A stretch of DNA of 64,000 nucleotides from Eledone cirrhosa (GCA_964016885.1 OZ024747.1:22568001-22632000), one strand, 5' to 3'; positions 40,601 through 53,725 are shown, counted from the first letter of the stretch. Notes: a model not told the origin generated them from the sequence alone. Made by a program: numbers and translations.

Positions 40601-43600
40601 ACTATCAGTCATCCCTTCCCCTTACTCACCACACTGCCAAATCACCACATACACTTGTACCTTCATACCTATCTCCTTCCCTTATTACCCGACAAAGAAG
40701 AGAGGGCTCTTCAGTTGGGACTGACCAACAATCTTTTTAGTGACGGTGCCATGAAAATGCACCATTACACTCCATAATGTGGTTGGCGACAGGAAAAGCA
40801 CCCTGCTCTAGAAACCATGCCTAAAAGGGTTGAGAGACACATCAGTTGTGTTAAGGGCAAAACAGCTTTTCTAATGCACTCAATACATGCTGTAAAGTAG
40901 TTGGTGATAGGAAGGGCATCTAGTCACAGAAAACTTTCCAAGCTAAGGGTTGGAAGGACCCTCCATTTGTGTTGAGGACATCACAAACTCTCTAAAATGC
41001 ACTTGGTAGAAAGTGGAACTGTATTTAAGTGAGATCTGAATCAAATCAAACAAATATAAAAATATGACTGTACTGTACTAAATACCTTGAGTGAGTTGAA
41101 GGCGATTAGGTCTGTTGGCAGGATTCGGATTCGCAGACAAACTATAAAAAAAAATAAAATTCATTTAAAAATACCATTCGTCTCAAGTTTTCTTCCACAA
41201 AGTAATGCGGGTGCCATTAGGGAGGGCATCTAGCTGTAGAAACCAAGCCACATTATAGATCCAGGAGCATGACATGGCCTCCAGACCTAACTTGTCTTAC
41301 AACGTGACAACCAGTCTGTGTGGAAAAATAGACATTAAATGATGATGTGAGTACTACATTGAAGCACAGCTTTATTTCATGTTATGTTTAAAGTGATGCC
41401 TAAAAAGAAATAACTATGTTAATTCATCATCATCACCGTTTTACATCCATTCTTCCACGCTAGCATGAGTTAGACGGGTTGTCCTGTTGTGGGCAGTGTC
41501 CAGTCGGCTGACCTTGCCTTGCTCATTCGGGAAGTGATTCTGGCTTGATTTCTACAGCTGGATGCCCTTCCTAACACCAACCTGATTTACAGTGAGTGTT
41601 GGGTGCTTTTTTTCCGTGGTGCCTACACGTCCACTTTACAGCTTTTTTGCCGTGGCACCTCCACGACCACTTTGCAGTGGGAGGGGGTCGGGGAATATTG
41701 TCTATATGCTTCAGCTTCGGATTGTACCAGTGGGGAGTCGGGTCTTCTGTATTACTGCGTGACACCAGAGGTCACGGTCATGTATGTGTCATCGTCCTTG
41801 AGAGGTGCAATTAGGTAAGGTCGGCTTTTATCACCTCATCCCAGGTCTTTTGGGGTCTCCCCACTCTGTGGCTTCCATCGACTTCTAGTATTCTGCACCT
41901 TTTTACGCAGCTGTCATCTTTCATACGTATCACATGTCCATACCAATGCAACCTCCTCTCCTGCACACAGCATTTGATTCTTCTTATGCTCAGTCTCTCT
42001 CTCAATTCATTTATGCTTTGCTGTTCACGTATATTACTATTACACATCCATTGGAGCAAACAAGCTTCATTTCTTTCTAATCTACGCAAGTCTTCTACAG
42101 ACAGCGCCCAGGTCTCACTACCATGTAACATTGCTGTTCGTATACACGCATCATAGTCTGTCTTTCATTTTGAGGGAAAAGCCTTTTGCAGCTAGCAGTG
42201 GCAGTAGCTCCCTGAACTTCTTCCATCCCATTCTTACCCTAGTTATTGTACTTTCCGAACACCACCTCCACTGCTAATTCAGTCACCTAGGTAGCAGAAG
42301 CTGCCTACTGTTTCTACAGAGCCCTCCCAGAGTTTGGTGGTGCTTATTCCTGTGGCCGTTTGCTGCTTGCAGTCCCAGCACAGCTGCTATATATGAAGCC
42401 TAGATTCTTAGTTAAGCTTCCTGAGATCCCACTACATCTCTTGTGTACCCATTGTTTGTATTTGGGGCAGAGAATGGAGTTCCTACCTACACCTTTCCTA
42501 CATACTGAGCAAGGCCATTTCCCTGAGGGGATCTGGGTTCTGTTTTCTCGTCTACTTACGAGGACCTTAGTCTGTCAGGTTGACTTTGAGACCCTTTCTT
42601 TCTAGTCCCTGCTTCCATGTTTGGAATTAATTCATACTTCTAATTTCTTACAAACTTTTATTCCCTAGTTAAAAATTGCTAGAAAACCACATCAATCACA
42701 GAATACCCTATCAGACGTTTAACCTCACTAGTGAGGCTCTAAACCATAAAGGACACTTATTAAAAGGTCATATTTGTGCACTTTTACCTATATTTGTTTT
42801 ATTTTACCAGATTTCTTATGGCTCTTCCGATTAACCCTTTAGCATTTAAACCAGCTGAATCCACTCACTACTTTCTGTTCAAACTGGCCGTAACCAACTG
42901 TTAATCCAACATTAAGGTAGTGTTCTTAAAATTAATGATATCAAAATCTCATAGATTCGATATTATGTGAGATAAAGCGTTTACTGTGAAAATAAAATAG
43001 TAAATATAGAAAAATGTGAATGCTAAAGAGTTACAAAGAAAAAGTGACAGTATTCTGTAAAATATCTGTCTTCTTCAGCCTACTTGGAACACCTACCACT
43101 TCTTCAGCTAACAATCATCATCCAGAGGCATTATGTCTACCAGTGCAATCTTCCCTCTTGCACACTACAACTGATTCTTCTTACACCCAGTTTTTTCTCA
43201 ACTCATCTGTGCTTGGTCACTTTTATCCAATAACATTATACATCCAACAGAGCATGCTCAATTCTAAACCTTCCACAGATTCATCTATAAGTACTAAGCC
43301 ATCAGCATTCAAGAGTCCCCAAGAACAGCAAATCTTAAATTCTGCTGTTATGGCCTGGAGAATTATAATAAACAGAAGCAGACTGAGAATGAAGCCTTGG
43401 TGGACAGCAAACTGCACACTAAATTTCTCCTTAAACTCATTACCTATTCTCATTTTGCTAATAGCATCTCTGTACATGGCTTGCACCACTCTCATAAGCG
43501 ATTCTTCTACTTGTTTCTATAAAACCACCAAATTACAGATTGTAATACTCTGTCAAAGGCCTTCTGCAAATCAACAAAAGCTAAATATATTGGCTTACTT

Positions 43601-46600
43601 TTAGCCAAGAACTTCTCTTGCAGTTGTCTAAGGAGGCACCAGTGATAATCTATACTGGCAGAAATCTAAACTCATCTCATCTCAGTCTTTTCCTGACCAG
43701 TCAAGCAAAATCTCTGTTACTTTCACAATTTGATCCATCAGTTGGACACCTATGCAGTTGCTCCTTTCTAAACAGATAAAAATATTCCCAGCCTAAATTA
43801 CATAAATATTTGGGCCGAGATAGATTATGTGCAAACTTAACATGAAATAGCAACCAAATGTCCTTCAAATCATATCCTACCATCTTAAAAATTGATAGAT
43901 ACATTGGAAAATGTACTCCTAGACACACTATGTCTGAGAATAAAAAGATATGATCATGCCTGGAACATCTTTGATCAGAGATGTTAGATCATCAACAATT
44001 ATACAAATACTCATACCATGCTATAATAAATTCAATAACAAACAAGAAATTAACAACAAATTCATGAGAGAGAAACTAACCCTTTGAGACGCTCCTTCAG
44101 TTCTGGAATAGCACGAAGACATTGTAATGTGGCATTCATATAACAAGTATTACCAAGATTTACTAATCCAGGTGGAATATTTTCCTAGAAATAAAGAGAA
44201 AAGGAATATAGTAGGTAGGAATAATAATTTGTTAGTGGTGAGGGTACTGGTTGACACTGTAAGGTATTGTTTGATTCCTAGACCAGGTGGTACATTGTGT
44301 CCTTAAGCAAAACGCTTTAGGTGGCTCCAGTCCACTCAGCTAGCAAAAATGAGTTGCACCTGTAATTCAGGAGTCCAGCTTTGTTTTTAGACTATGGCAT
44401 ACTGAATCTCCCTGAGAATTACATTAAGTGTGCACATGTTCATGAAATGCTCAGCCACTTATACTTTAATTGCAGAATTAGGGTGTTCCATTGATTTAAT
44501 CAACTGGGGTGCTTGTCATCAGAAATGACAACGGTCAAACAAAAATATTACCATATATACTTGAATAAAAACAGAAATATGACAAAAAAAAGAAATAATA
44601 ATAAATAAATCAATGGTAAAATGGAGGTTTGAGTTATATTCAAGGTCAATATTTTGCTGATTTTTACCAACTTCAAATTCTACATAAATATGGGGCTAAA
44701 ATACCAGGAGTGATTTTTTTTTACAATGAAATACTGTTTTTCTACATTTCATAGTTATTGGTGTTATTTATGCATTCCTCTGAAAATATTTCCAACAAAT
44801 TTTTATAATTTGAACTTTTTAAGACATAAATGTTTTTCTTTGACTTAATATTTTTTCTTTCAATTTACATAAAATTGAAACATTACTTCTGATTTTACTT
44901 TATTGCCCTCACTTCTTTTTCTCGCTTTACTTCTCCCTTCTCTCACTGTCTCTTCCTTCCTCTTCTACTCTATGAATCCCTATACAAAGTTCTCTTATTT
45001 GATCTCTTGCTTTCAAAGTACTCCTAGCATGTGAGTGGCCAGAAGTAAATAAAAATTCGAGAAACTCATTACGTATTTGAGTTGGGAAACAAAAAAAAAC
45101 TATACTCTAAATGACACTTAAAACATTAAAACTTCATAAATATAGATTATATTCTCATGAGAATTTCAAAACCATGCCATCTAAACATAATGTGTTGATT
45201 AGCTGTCTCAACTTATAAACAGGGTTTGGATTTTTGCCCATTTCTCAGGCATAAAATAAAGGAGTCGGGTTATATTTAGATCAACTTATATTCAAGTATA
45301 TAAGGTATATTAACAAGTTCTCTGATGAAAGTGTTTCCAACTTACAAGCCGGGATGTTGTATTTCACCTTACTTTTCTCTCTTTGTGAAAGTAGCTATGT
45401 AGCTATTGATCATACAGACACACAATGGTCAACAAGTTCAGACTACACCTGCTTTCTTGTCGCTATAATAAAGGTCAGTTTCCTCAGCATGCTACACTGA
45501 ACAGCATCATCATAAGGAGCCTTCATGCCAGTTTCTCCCATCACAACTGAAGCCAACCAGCCCCAACTGTGGTGATGGCAACACCTAGATGGGATAACCC
45601 TTTTACTGTTTGAGGGAAGTGAATCTCTAATCTGAGACGCCTTGTTCTCTGCCTTTAATTTTTTCACTTCAGCTACAAACCTGAGTACTGCCACCTGTGC
45701 TAAGGATGAGAGGAAGATAGCCAAATACTGGGACTTGATTAACTTTTTCTATTTTGGGCTGTTTGCTAAAAACCTTTGGAGTCCTCAGTTCCAAAAATTG
45801 GGAGGAGTGCATTTTGCCTGAAGAAGGTGCCCCATGAGATGGAGTGGCTGATGCAAGTGCAGCTGACTATTCTACATGACAATGACTTCACAATTTTGTC
45901 CACAGGGTGCAGCTGAGATATACTGACTCGACTGGGGTGTAGAGTCTACCGCTCACTCCCCTCTTTCCTTTATTTTTACTATTTAATTATTTTCTTGGGG
46001 GGGGGGGGGGTATATAATTTAATTGAAATATGTTGAATAAATATAATTGTTTCTACATTTGGCACAAGGCCAGCAATTACCCAGTAGGTTACTGGTACTT
46101 TATTTTATCGACCCCGTAAAGATGAAAAGCAAAGTTAACCTCGGCAGGATTTGAACTCAGGTCGTAAGGGGACGTAACTATGCTGGAAAGCATGTTCGAC
46201 CCTCTACCGACACTGCCAATTCACCGCCCTTGAATAAATATAATGTAAGATGGTCAGTTTGCTGTTGATTATTTATCTGTACTTATGTGCTAAATAGCTA
46301 ATGTCACACAAAAAGAGGAGAGATAGGACTGCTGCTTGTTTTGTTGTGTATTCTATAAACATAGTATTTCAATCTAAAAAAAACATTTTAAAAAGACCGG
46401 ACACATTTCATTGGTTTTTTTTTCCTTTTAGGAAATATTGTTTGTCAGATAAATACTCCTTTTAAAACTAAATAAATATTTTAAAAATCATAATTGTAAA
46501 TGCTCACTTTGTGGTGATTGGATGGGAGGAGGAAATGGTGAGAATAAGGATATTACACCTATAGCTGATATTTTTAGACAAAGTGAAAAAAAACAGGAAT

Positions 46601-49600
46601 TTAGTTCAACTTACTGCTTTAGCTAGTTCCTTTTCAGTTAGGTCTTCAGCGAATACTGCCTTCTCTTTTGGTGGTTCAGGTAAGTCCTCAACAGAACCTA
46701 TCATCATAAAAGTAATCCCCTGTGGAAACAATGTATTAAACAGTTAACATATTGCGAAAACAAGGCTGCACAGAAGGGTAGGTAACAATCAGTGCCAATC
46801 ATACAGACTGAAACCCAAGTAACAAATCAAAACATCCAGTGTTAACTAACTAAAAAAATTTATTATACATTCAAATATGTTTACTTCTGAGACTTCTCAC
46901 AAGATGTTTAATAGGATTAACCCATTAGCATTTAAACTAGCCATATCCGGCCAGAATTCTCTCAAATCTTTCTGATCAAACTGGCCATAACCACCCCCTC
47001 ATACTGACGTTAAGGTATTGTTCTCAAAATAAATAATATCAAAATCTCATAGATTGAATATTATATTGACATAAAGCCTTTACTTCGAAAATACAATAGT
47101 ATATATATATATATAGAGTAATGTAAATGCTAAAGAGTTAAGGCCTTAAAGTTTAGAAATGTGCTCAAAATATTCAAGAAATATTAGGTCTGAAAAACAC
47201 ACATTAGTAAACACTGGTGAAATCTTATCTCAGAACAAAAAAAAAGTAAATAACTCTTAATGTCCTGTACCACATGAAACTGCATGAACAAGACCACTAT
47301 GACTATCATATTATAAACTAAAGTTTTCTAATACTATAAATATCTACTACACTCTGTCCATACTATAAACATTTGAATTAACAAACTTAGATATTTTCTA
47401 TTAAATTATTACAGGATGTTAAAGAGTTAATATGTATTAAGCATATAAACTATCTCTTACATCATCTTTAATAAGTGCTGCCAAAAATATATAAACTTTT
47501 CTTTATAAAAATGTTCATTCTTCTGTATCAGCTATAATGTTTTTAATTCTTTCAAATTAAATAAAGCTTAGAAGTGCAATTGTGCAAAAACAGAAAAAAT
47601 TACTTAATACCAAAATAGAGCCAATTGATGTTGGATGTTTAGCATTCACAGACATATCTATATTTTATATGAGAATTTAGGCTTCATTAAGCAAGATTCT
47701 GACTACATGCAAATATACAGATTTAATACAAAAATAATGAAACTAGAGTTGTTCTTATAATCGTTTTTTCATAGTTAATTTTCATTAAATGAAAAAATTC
47801 AACTTACATCTTTCAGTTTCACATTTTCCCAGCTATCATCCTGGAGTAAAAAACAAATTACAGCATTTTAGGAAATAAAGGAGCTTTTAAGAAGTCAATA
47901 AACAGGCAAACCTAAGAATACACTTGTCTAAACAACAACTCTCTCTCAGCTCTCACAATTCCATTCTTTCTAATCAACCACCAAGTCATCTTCCATCTTA
48001 CCACAAATCTTGTCTGTGGCTTGAAGTAAGTTGTCCCATATAAACTCTCAGTTGTCCACTAAGTTATAGGTCTCTACCTCTTCCAAACATAAGCTTCACA
48101 TTTTGGTGATGGGTACAAACACTTACAGAGTGTGTACCAGAGGCTCATGCAATGATTCACCACTTTGGCTGCAATGATGGAAATGTTGAAAAGCCTATCT
48201 GCAGATTGGGGAAATTTTACCTAAAATTTTGAATATAGCTCTTCAAAGATGCATCACATGAGCTTTGATGAGTTCTTTTTTTCCCAAAACTTACGTGATC
48301 CTTTTTGACAGCCATTAGCTGTATTCGTCATTACAATAAAACTTCCATAAAGGTTTTAGTTTCACTACTCAATCTGTTCCCTTAAGTGACCTTACACATG
48401 GTACCCCTGAATACCTCAAATTCCTTAGTGACCATGATTTATGGGTTAATGTCAATAATTGAAGCTTTTGATGGCAGGGTGTTGAAGTCACGAGTTTTTC
48501 CTTCATTTCACATTGTCAAATTGAGTATTCTTACCCAAATTTCAAAAACCACTAATCATTTACTTAATGTTTCGTCTAGTTTGACATCTTAGTAATGCTT
48601 AATAGCCAAATTTCATTTATTTTTGAGGAGATAGGCGTCAGATCAAAAATATGTTGACCACTTTCACATGGAATTACCCTACTTTTGCATTAGTATGTTG
48701 CTCTATTCAGTAGGAGTGTAGACACTTTGATGGAATATAATCAATTTAGTTTTAACCAGCCTTTTATCGACTATACTGACTCATACAATTGCTATTCATA
48801 TTTAACACCAGTAACTGTATATCTGGTTTAGAATAGGTACACCATACCCTTGCATGTCATAAGGAGCAACTAAAAGAGTTGAAGCCATAAAGTACATCCA
48901 GCTGTATAACACTGCCTCAAAAACTCCAATTTAACCCATGTTAGTATGAAAAAGCTGACACCCCCCTCCTCCCTCAAAATACCCCAATGATATTGATGAT
49001 CAATAGTGTTAATGTTCCACCCAGAATTCTTCCTCTATATCTTTCTCACTTCCTCTCTCTCATTAGGAGAGATGGGACTATTAGGAAATAGCAATATTAC
49101 AAATCAGAAATAGTCTTCTTTGGTTTTTAAGAAATAGAATGAAAATAAACAGCAGAAAAGAACTTAACAATAAACTAAAGAATAATTAAATGCCAACCTT
49201 GAGATTAATCCCTTTAATAAGCACTTTCTGCCGTTCTGCCGCTACGCTAGTGCGGTTTGCCAACTCCTTTTTAAAATCCAAAGGCGTCTTATCAGTATTA
49301 CACTTAATATTGTACTTTTGGTTTCCCCATTTTACATAAACTGAAAACCAAACAAAAATACATATTAATATTGTTCATATTTTCCTTCCAACACAATTAC
49401 AAATGACATTTAATAATTTAAACACAAAATTTAAACAAAGATTTTTTAATTTCCAAGAAAACATGTGAAAAAGCTTTTATCTTTTAATAGTTCTAAGTAA
49501 AATTACTTGAGGTAATGAAACTATGTTGTCTTTTGATTTGCCAGAAATAGCAGTTAAACCACAACTTTCTACTATCTTCAAAAAAGGACATACTGGATAA

Positions 49601-52328
49601 TTATGAGGTTGGACAGGACTTTTTGAGACAATGTATTACAGCCACATGCCCTTCTTTTTATCACTTCTTACAACATGCAGGAATATGGTGTACTTAATCT
49701 AAACTGGATAGACAATATTATTTATCTCTATCTTACCAAATCCCCACATGAAAAGTGAAATAATTCTCAGTGTAGTTTGAATCCTGAACTGTAAAGTATT
49801 TAGTATTTAAATTAAGTAGCTGTCACATCTACTCCCATAATAATAATGTAGTAGAAGTTAGACAGACAGCCAATTAAAAATCCATGAGTCATTACACACT
49901 AACTAATACATAAGACCCACTGATTTATGAAAAAGAAAGTTTACTATCTTGTATAAGAGCTTCTTTTCTTCGTCCACTTATTCCTGAGAGGGTCGTGGGG
50001 GCAGAGTCCTCAAACACTCCAAATGATTTGCCTGGATCACTAAGTGTGACCAACCAAGTTCATGGATGTTATCCAATCATCTTGCTCGGAGTCTACCCCT
50101 GGCTCTCCTACCTGTTGGCTTCAACCGTAAAATCTGTCCGGGGATTCTTTCCTGAGACATTCTAACCACATGCCCATAGTATCGGAGCTGTGATCTCTCA
50201 ATTCGGAGAAATAGTGGCTTTACCTGGAGTCACTCTCTGATCTCTGAATTACACACTCTATTGAATAATGTTACTACAGAGACCCTTCAGTGGAACCCCA
50301 TTTCGGTTGCTTGTATTCGCAATCGTATTCTTTCAGTCATTACCCAAGATTCATGACCATACATACATAGGTAAGGTTTGCCACATTGGGTTTGATCTAG
50401 AGCTCAACTAACCAACCAAAAAACAAATGTAACAAATGCAGAATACTAGTTCATACGTACATACATACAGGGTGTCCATAAATTATCTTCACAATTTGAA
50501 AAATTCAGAGAAAATAAAAAAATTAAGGTAACTCTACAAGGTTTATTGAGAAAGATAGGAAGCAAAGGTTTATTGAGAAAGATGGGAAACAAATATAGTT
50601 TTATTAAAAACATCAGAACTCTCCAATGTGGGCTCTATTGGTTGCATGCAACACTGATGATGATATTTGTTTCCATATAAACAGAACTCTCACTACTCAT
50701 TAAACATGTGAAAACTCATACCTTATTTAACCACTCAGTTCCCATACTTCTAATGAAAGGCACTGCCTATGATTTTAAAATCATTTTGAGATCTTGTTAG
50801 CTTCTTGTCGACTTGACATGGGTGAGGTGTAAACATAACATATTTATCGATCAACAACATTAATAATGTGAGAGGAGGAAAGTTGACTTCCCAATTAATT
50901 AAGTCCTTTTAGGAGAAGAAGAACTTGGATTCGGAGTGAAAAAAGACTGATTTGATGATAGTGATCAACCTATCAGACGGCTACTGATAAAACATGCTCT
51001 CCGTGAAAAGGTTTGGCAAAAGGTTTGGCAAGAGTGCCTTGCAAACCAACCTGTTATTGAGAAAACATATAAAGAATATAAAGCTACCTAACAATGTGAA
51101 CTGAGAAGGCTTAAGAATGATTGGTGTTTGAGGAGCCTTTCAGACATTCAAAGCGTTTATAATGCAAAGGATTCAAAACCGTCTTTTGCCCAACAACATG
51201 CCAATTTGGTTCATTTTCATTGGCACAGGTTGAACAAGTTGGTCATCAGGTCTAACAAAACACACGTACCTGGTATGGTGCTGTTGTAATAACTAGCCTT
51301 AATAATTACATATATATACATATATGCACGTGCATGTGTGCATATCACTTCGCATTCAACATTGTAGGAAGAAATATTTCTGTTTACATTGTGTAAACAG
51401 AAATCCCATTGCCCAGCAAAGTTATCCGAATGTAAAATTCTGTATCAAAAAGTCTTGTTAAATTCATGCCAGATGAAGATATACAGAAAACTATATATAT
51501 AGTTGCATTCCTTCCTTCTTTCAGCCCTCCACTTCTAATAGAGTTGCAGGGGCATAGTTTTGAGAAACAACTTGTTTGAAGCATTTTAAACCTTGCAGAG
51601 CACATCCCTCGTGTCTGACGACAGCTAACCTCCAAACAAAGTGTGTCGTGAAAATTTGGCCTTTGCCCTGTACTGATACTTTATCGACCGCAAAATGATG
51701 AAAGTCAAAGTAACTTCAGCAGAATTTTATCTCAGAGTGCAGAGACCCAGTACCAACAGAACATGACATTCTATCCAAAACTAACAACTCGACCAATTTG
51801 CCACCTTGTATGTATGAGTTGCTGTTGTTTAGCTCGAAATCGGCCCTGCTTAAGACATTAGCAAATATGTCCTTCCGTTTTTTTAAAGACAGAGTGTCAT
51901 TTGAAATATTTGGCTAACATTTCTAGCAGACCGAGACACCACGTTTGGCTTCTCGTTGACTTGAGATGAATGTGGTGTAACTTGATAACACATTCGATCG
52001 ACAATATCAGCATTGTGAGAGGAAGAAAGTTGACTCCCAAAATTAATAAAGTTCTTTTACTCTTTCCGACTTCAAATAAGATTATGAGAACCTTCAGAAT
52101 GGTCAAACTGATTGTTTTAGCAGTGAATGGTTAGTTGAACAATTACGACCAATAAGACGACAGAGCCGATTATTGATTTCTTACATAACTACGAAGATGC
52201 AAAATTATAGAGAAAATGTAGGGGGTGGGGAGATTATGTGACATTCAAGCCTCGATTAACATTAGCAACGTTCTGGAAATGATTTCACCTGGAAATTATA
52301 AATGAGTTACTGTTAAGCTCATAAAGCT

Positions 52329-52405
<77 letters not shown>

Positions 52406-53480
52406 CAATTCTATTGCAAGATTTACACAAACTAGAATCGGTTATTTTGGCCGACATACCTATATTCTGCGGACGATAAATAAAAAGTACCCTTTATGTA
52501 CTGATCTCATACCGCATTTCTTTGACAAAAAAAAAAAAATGTTTAATCACATCATGTGTGTGCGTGTGTTTCTGGATACATTATTTTATAATGCTTGAGA
52601 TACCTATATAGATATCTTCACAAGCCGATATCTGTGAAACAGGTTGAAAAAACATATACAATATAAAAATTTAACGCCTTGCTTTATACTTAACACATGT
52701 AATGTCTGTATCCTTACCAAATATCTTAAATATGTTTTTTTAAAGTGGAAATAAATTAAAATCCTTTGTTGCTGTTATTGTTCTAATCGGTGAAAAGCAT
52801 GCTACTAAATGTCGATTCATTTGCAGTAAACTAGAAGGCGGATTTTGAATTTAATATTTCATTTTATCGTGTCCATTTTGAACTGGTTAGTTGCTTTCGA
52901 CTCGACAAACTTCTTTGCTAACTGATTCTAATTTGTAGATATCATACGATATTTCGTAATATAGATAGCTAGCGTATTATATCGTCCATCGAATATAAAA
53001 CACTATTTACAAGTGAATAAATAACCAAAATAAATAAAATTCAAATCGATGGGCTCAATGAGTTACTTATATATATATTCTTTTCAAGATTCTATCTTTC
53101 AAAATAGTTAGCTGTACTACTTTAAAGTTGAAATAACGAATGAAACAAACCAAAGATAAGTTGGTCAGCGGCTTTATAATAAATGTCGAAGGATTACACA
53201 AAAGGGTAAGAAAAAGCAACGTTAACATAAACTCCTACAGCCAAACTAACAAAAGAATCCCTCATTCAATTCAAATAACATCTTTGGATAAACATGTGGT
53301 GACACATCTAAGAAAAATTCATATATATATATATATATAGTATAAACAAAGTTTCTTTCACTTCACATGTACGTGCGACCATTGGTTTCGGGGTCCAGTT
53401 ATGGCCACCACTGTATATATTAAATAAACTCTCTTGCAACAGATTGACCATTATTTTCTTTGATCTTTCATCTACGGATT

Positions 53481-53528
<48 letters not shown>

Positions 53529-53725
53529 TATATAAAGGAAGGCGGTTAGCGTGTATATAAAATTGCAGGACTAATATTGAGCAGACAAAACAACATTAGA
53601 TATCAAGTGAATTTTCTTTTACATATTCAGTTTTAACATTATATACTGTCAATACAATATATTGAATATATTTGTTACATGCACAACACAATATAAATAT
53701 ATACGTTACCTTGAAAAATAGGCAT
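17039..53725 (-). CDS. USP14: Ubiquitin carboxyl-terminal hydrolase 14 (USP14/Ubp6 family), 18 coding exons, 492 aa
   Basis: All 18 exons join in frame via GT-AG introns (1479 nt incl. stop). N-terminal UBL, Cys box GLVNLGNTCYMNA, QQDANEC, VRFFFKEKESINAKILKDVKFP, His box THKGRSSASGHY, WLMFDDD, LSGGGDWHCAYVLLYGPR. Confidence 0.95.
17847..17921 (-). CDS. USP14: USP14 exon 17
   Basis: DSWLMFDDDDVRVVSSENIMKLSGG. Confidence 0.95.
20324..20431 (-). CDS. USP14: USP14 exon 16 (His box)
   Basis: DKGSNNSGFYELKAVLTHKGRSSASGHYVAWIRKEA. Confidence 0.96.
21357..21456 (-). CDS. USP14: USP14 exon 15
   Basis: DKSKKGDDKQEVEVEEEEEEKVDQNAESYSFSD. Confidence 0.88.
22382..22504 (-). CDS. USP14: USP14 exon 14
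   Basis: DVKFPFNLDVYTLCTKELRQKLIVAREKYQPPDRKAENSSK. Confidence 0.93.
24242..24334 (-). CDS. USP14: USP14 exon 13 (blocking loop 1)
   Basis: SKINRLPGYLSIQFVRFFFKEKESINAKILK. Confidence 0.96.
25235..26285 (-). mobile_element. Internally deleted RTE LINE in USP14 intron 12
   Basis: APE start (VATLNVGTLKG...DICCVQEV) fused to post-RT region (WKQNLESKGLKVN...SETWA...RRLHWYGHV). Confidence 0.85.
27566..29062 (-). mobile_element. 5'-truncated, relatively young RTE LINE (454-aa ORF, RT + C-terminus)
   Basis: QFGFVPGKST, DLEKAFDRV, GVHQSSVLSPLLF, LYADD, PHD-like Cys cluster, RRLRWYGHVMR, GRGRPRKTW; (GAT)n tail. Confidence 0.96.
29562..29627 (-). CDS. USP14: USP14 exon 12
   Basis: GLEENITKFSQDLGRDAKYTKS. 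Confidence 0.92.
31193..31224 (-). CDS. USP14: USP14 exon 11
   Basis: EIRNLEAGLAS, 32 nt, cag/gtaagt; phases fit. Confidence 0.82.
32711..32790 (-). CDS. USP14: USP14 exon 10
   Basis: MKPEEGKEDEILKSEKFYQLSCFIEK. Confidence 0.9.
32791..33117 (-). other. U12-type (minor spliceosome) GT-AG intron of USP14
   Basis: 5'ss GTATCCTA; branch site TTCCTTAAC at 32802-32810, close to the acceptor; no long polypyrimidine tract. Confidence 0.85.
33118..33197 (-). CDS. USP14: USP14 exon 9
   Basis: EGEGEDAATKPALKLIDMYMGGEFQV; donor gtatcct. Confidence 0.88.
34337..34405 (-). CDS. USP14: USP14 exon 8
   Basis: DANECWTELVRVLQQNLDDGSSK. Confidence 0.94.
34482..34690. repeat. Imperfect fold-back (~65-bp arms) near the USP14 exon 8 acceptor
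   Basis: gaatgtattaagaaagctggtacaatacaaatagg... pairs with ...cttatttgtactgtaccggctttcctaatacattc. Confidence 0.75.
35410..35790 (-). mobile_element. RTE 5' (APE) fragment
   Basis: RAVTINVGT and DRIIKLRLVI motifs, degenerate. Confidence 0.55.
36329..36430 (+). ncRNA. Minimal type I hammerhead ribozyme motif (Penelope-like), near intact
   Basis: CTGATGA 36340-36346, long stem II, GAAA-C-GATC-A-TA, stem I gattaacaggt / act(a)tgt(a)taatc; C.A mismatch in stem III. Confidence 0.6.
36867..36997 (-). CDS. USP14: USP14 exon 7
   Basis: AMGELFKLMDLQSSTTTRPEIFHNVLRSTFPRFNEKEQGVFTQQ. Confidence 0.92.
37050..37620 (-). mobile_element. Decayed RTE fragment
   Basis: MLHGSETWAV...LKRNKLSIICWMYNV. Confidence 0.75.
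38620..39890 (+). mobile_element. Decayed HERO-like (R2 superclade) non-LTR retrotransposon 3' half
   Basis: KTGRKWKV..AV..AK, RISFLLRSV.D.LP..NLV.W, degenerate CCHC (CPL....T..YVLSSC), RYTWR, REL motif SSLRLDIIL...LIKLTMLFE...KKY..L...AIGV..GF. Confidence 0.8.
41086..41141 (-). CDS. USP14: USP14 exon 6
   Basis: LSANPNPANRPNRLQLTQ; poorly conserved, but the phases (2/1) fit both neighbours. Confidence 0.75.
41424..42635 (-). mobile_element. RTE LINE 3' part; related shorter copy at ~6455-6912(+)
   Basis: MLHGSETWALSVEDLRRLERNEA...RRLHWYGHVIRM...GRPQKTW; (GAT)n tail. Confidence 0.9.
43085..43720 (-). mobile_element. Decayed RTE RT fragment
   Basis: VVQAMYRDAISKMRIGNEF...VHQGFILSLLLF...NADGLVLI. 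Confidence 0.8.
44081..44184 (-). CDS. USP14: USP14 exon 5 (catalytic Cys box)
   Basis: ENIPPGLVNLGNTCYMNATLQCLRAIPELKERLK. Confidence 0.96.
44549..45307. mobile_element. Possible pogo/Tigger-like non-autonomous element
   Basis: TA-flanked imperfect TIRs taccatatatacttgaata / tattcaagtatataaggta. Confidence 0.45.
46615..46719 (-). CDS. USP14: USP14 exon 4
   Basis: GITFMMIGSVEDLPEPPKEKAVFAEDLTEKELAKA. Confidence 0.93.
47808..47840 (-). CDS. USP14: USP14 exon 3
   Basis: DDSWENVKLKD, 33 nt, cag/gtaagt. Confidence 0.9.
49198..49340 (-). CDS. USP14: USP14 exon 2 (UBL)
   Basis: VYVKWGNQKYNIKCNTDKTPLDFKKELANRTSVAAERQKVLIKGINLK; ag/gt boundaries. Confidence 0.92.
49960..50362 (-). mobile_element. 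Second RTE family 3' fragment; same family at 58960-59250(-) and 60290-61885(+)
   Basis: YGHESWVMTERIRLRIQATEM...LRIERSQLRYYGHVVRM...GRLR; sequence shared among the three copies. Confidence 0.85.
52329..52403. repeat. (TA)n(GA)n microsatellite
   Basis: Direct reading. Confidence 0.95.
53710..53725 (-). CDS. USP14: USP14 exon 1 (copy A): MPIFQ
   Basis: ATG CCT ATT TTT CAA G|gtaacg; phase matches exon 2. Confidence 0.85.

Noticed and set aside
43020-43604. 194-aa plus-strand ORF
   Set aside because: Antisense to a decayed RTE fragment.
45322-45345. CTGATGA hammerhead-like seed (also ~4931 and ~14123)
   Set aside because: No correctly placed stem II-GAAA-UH or stem I partner.
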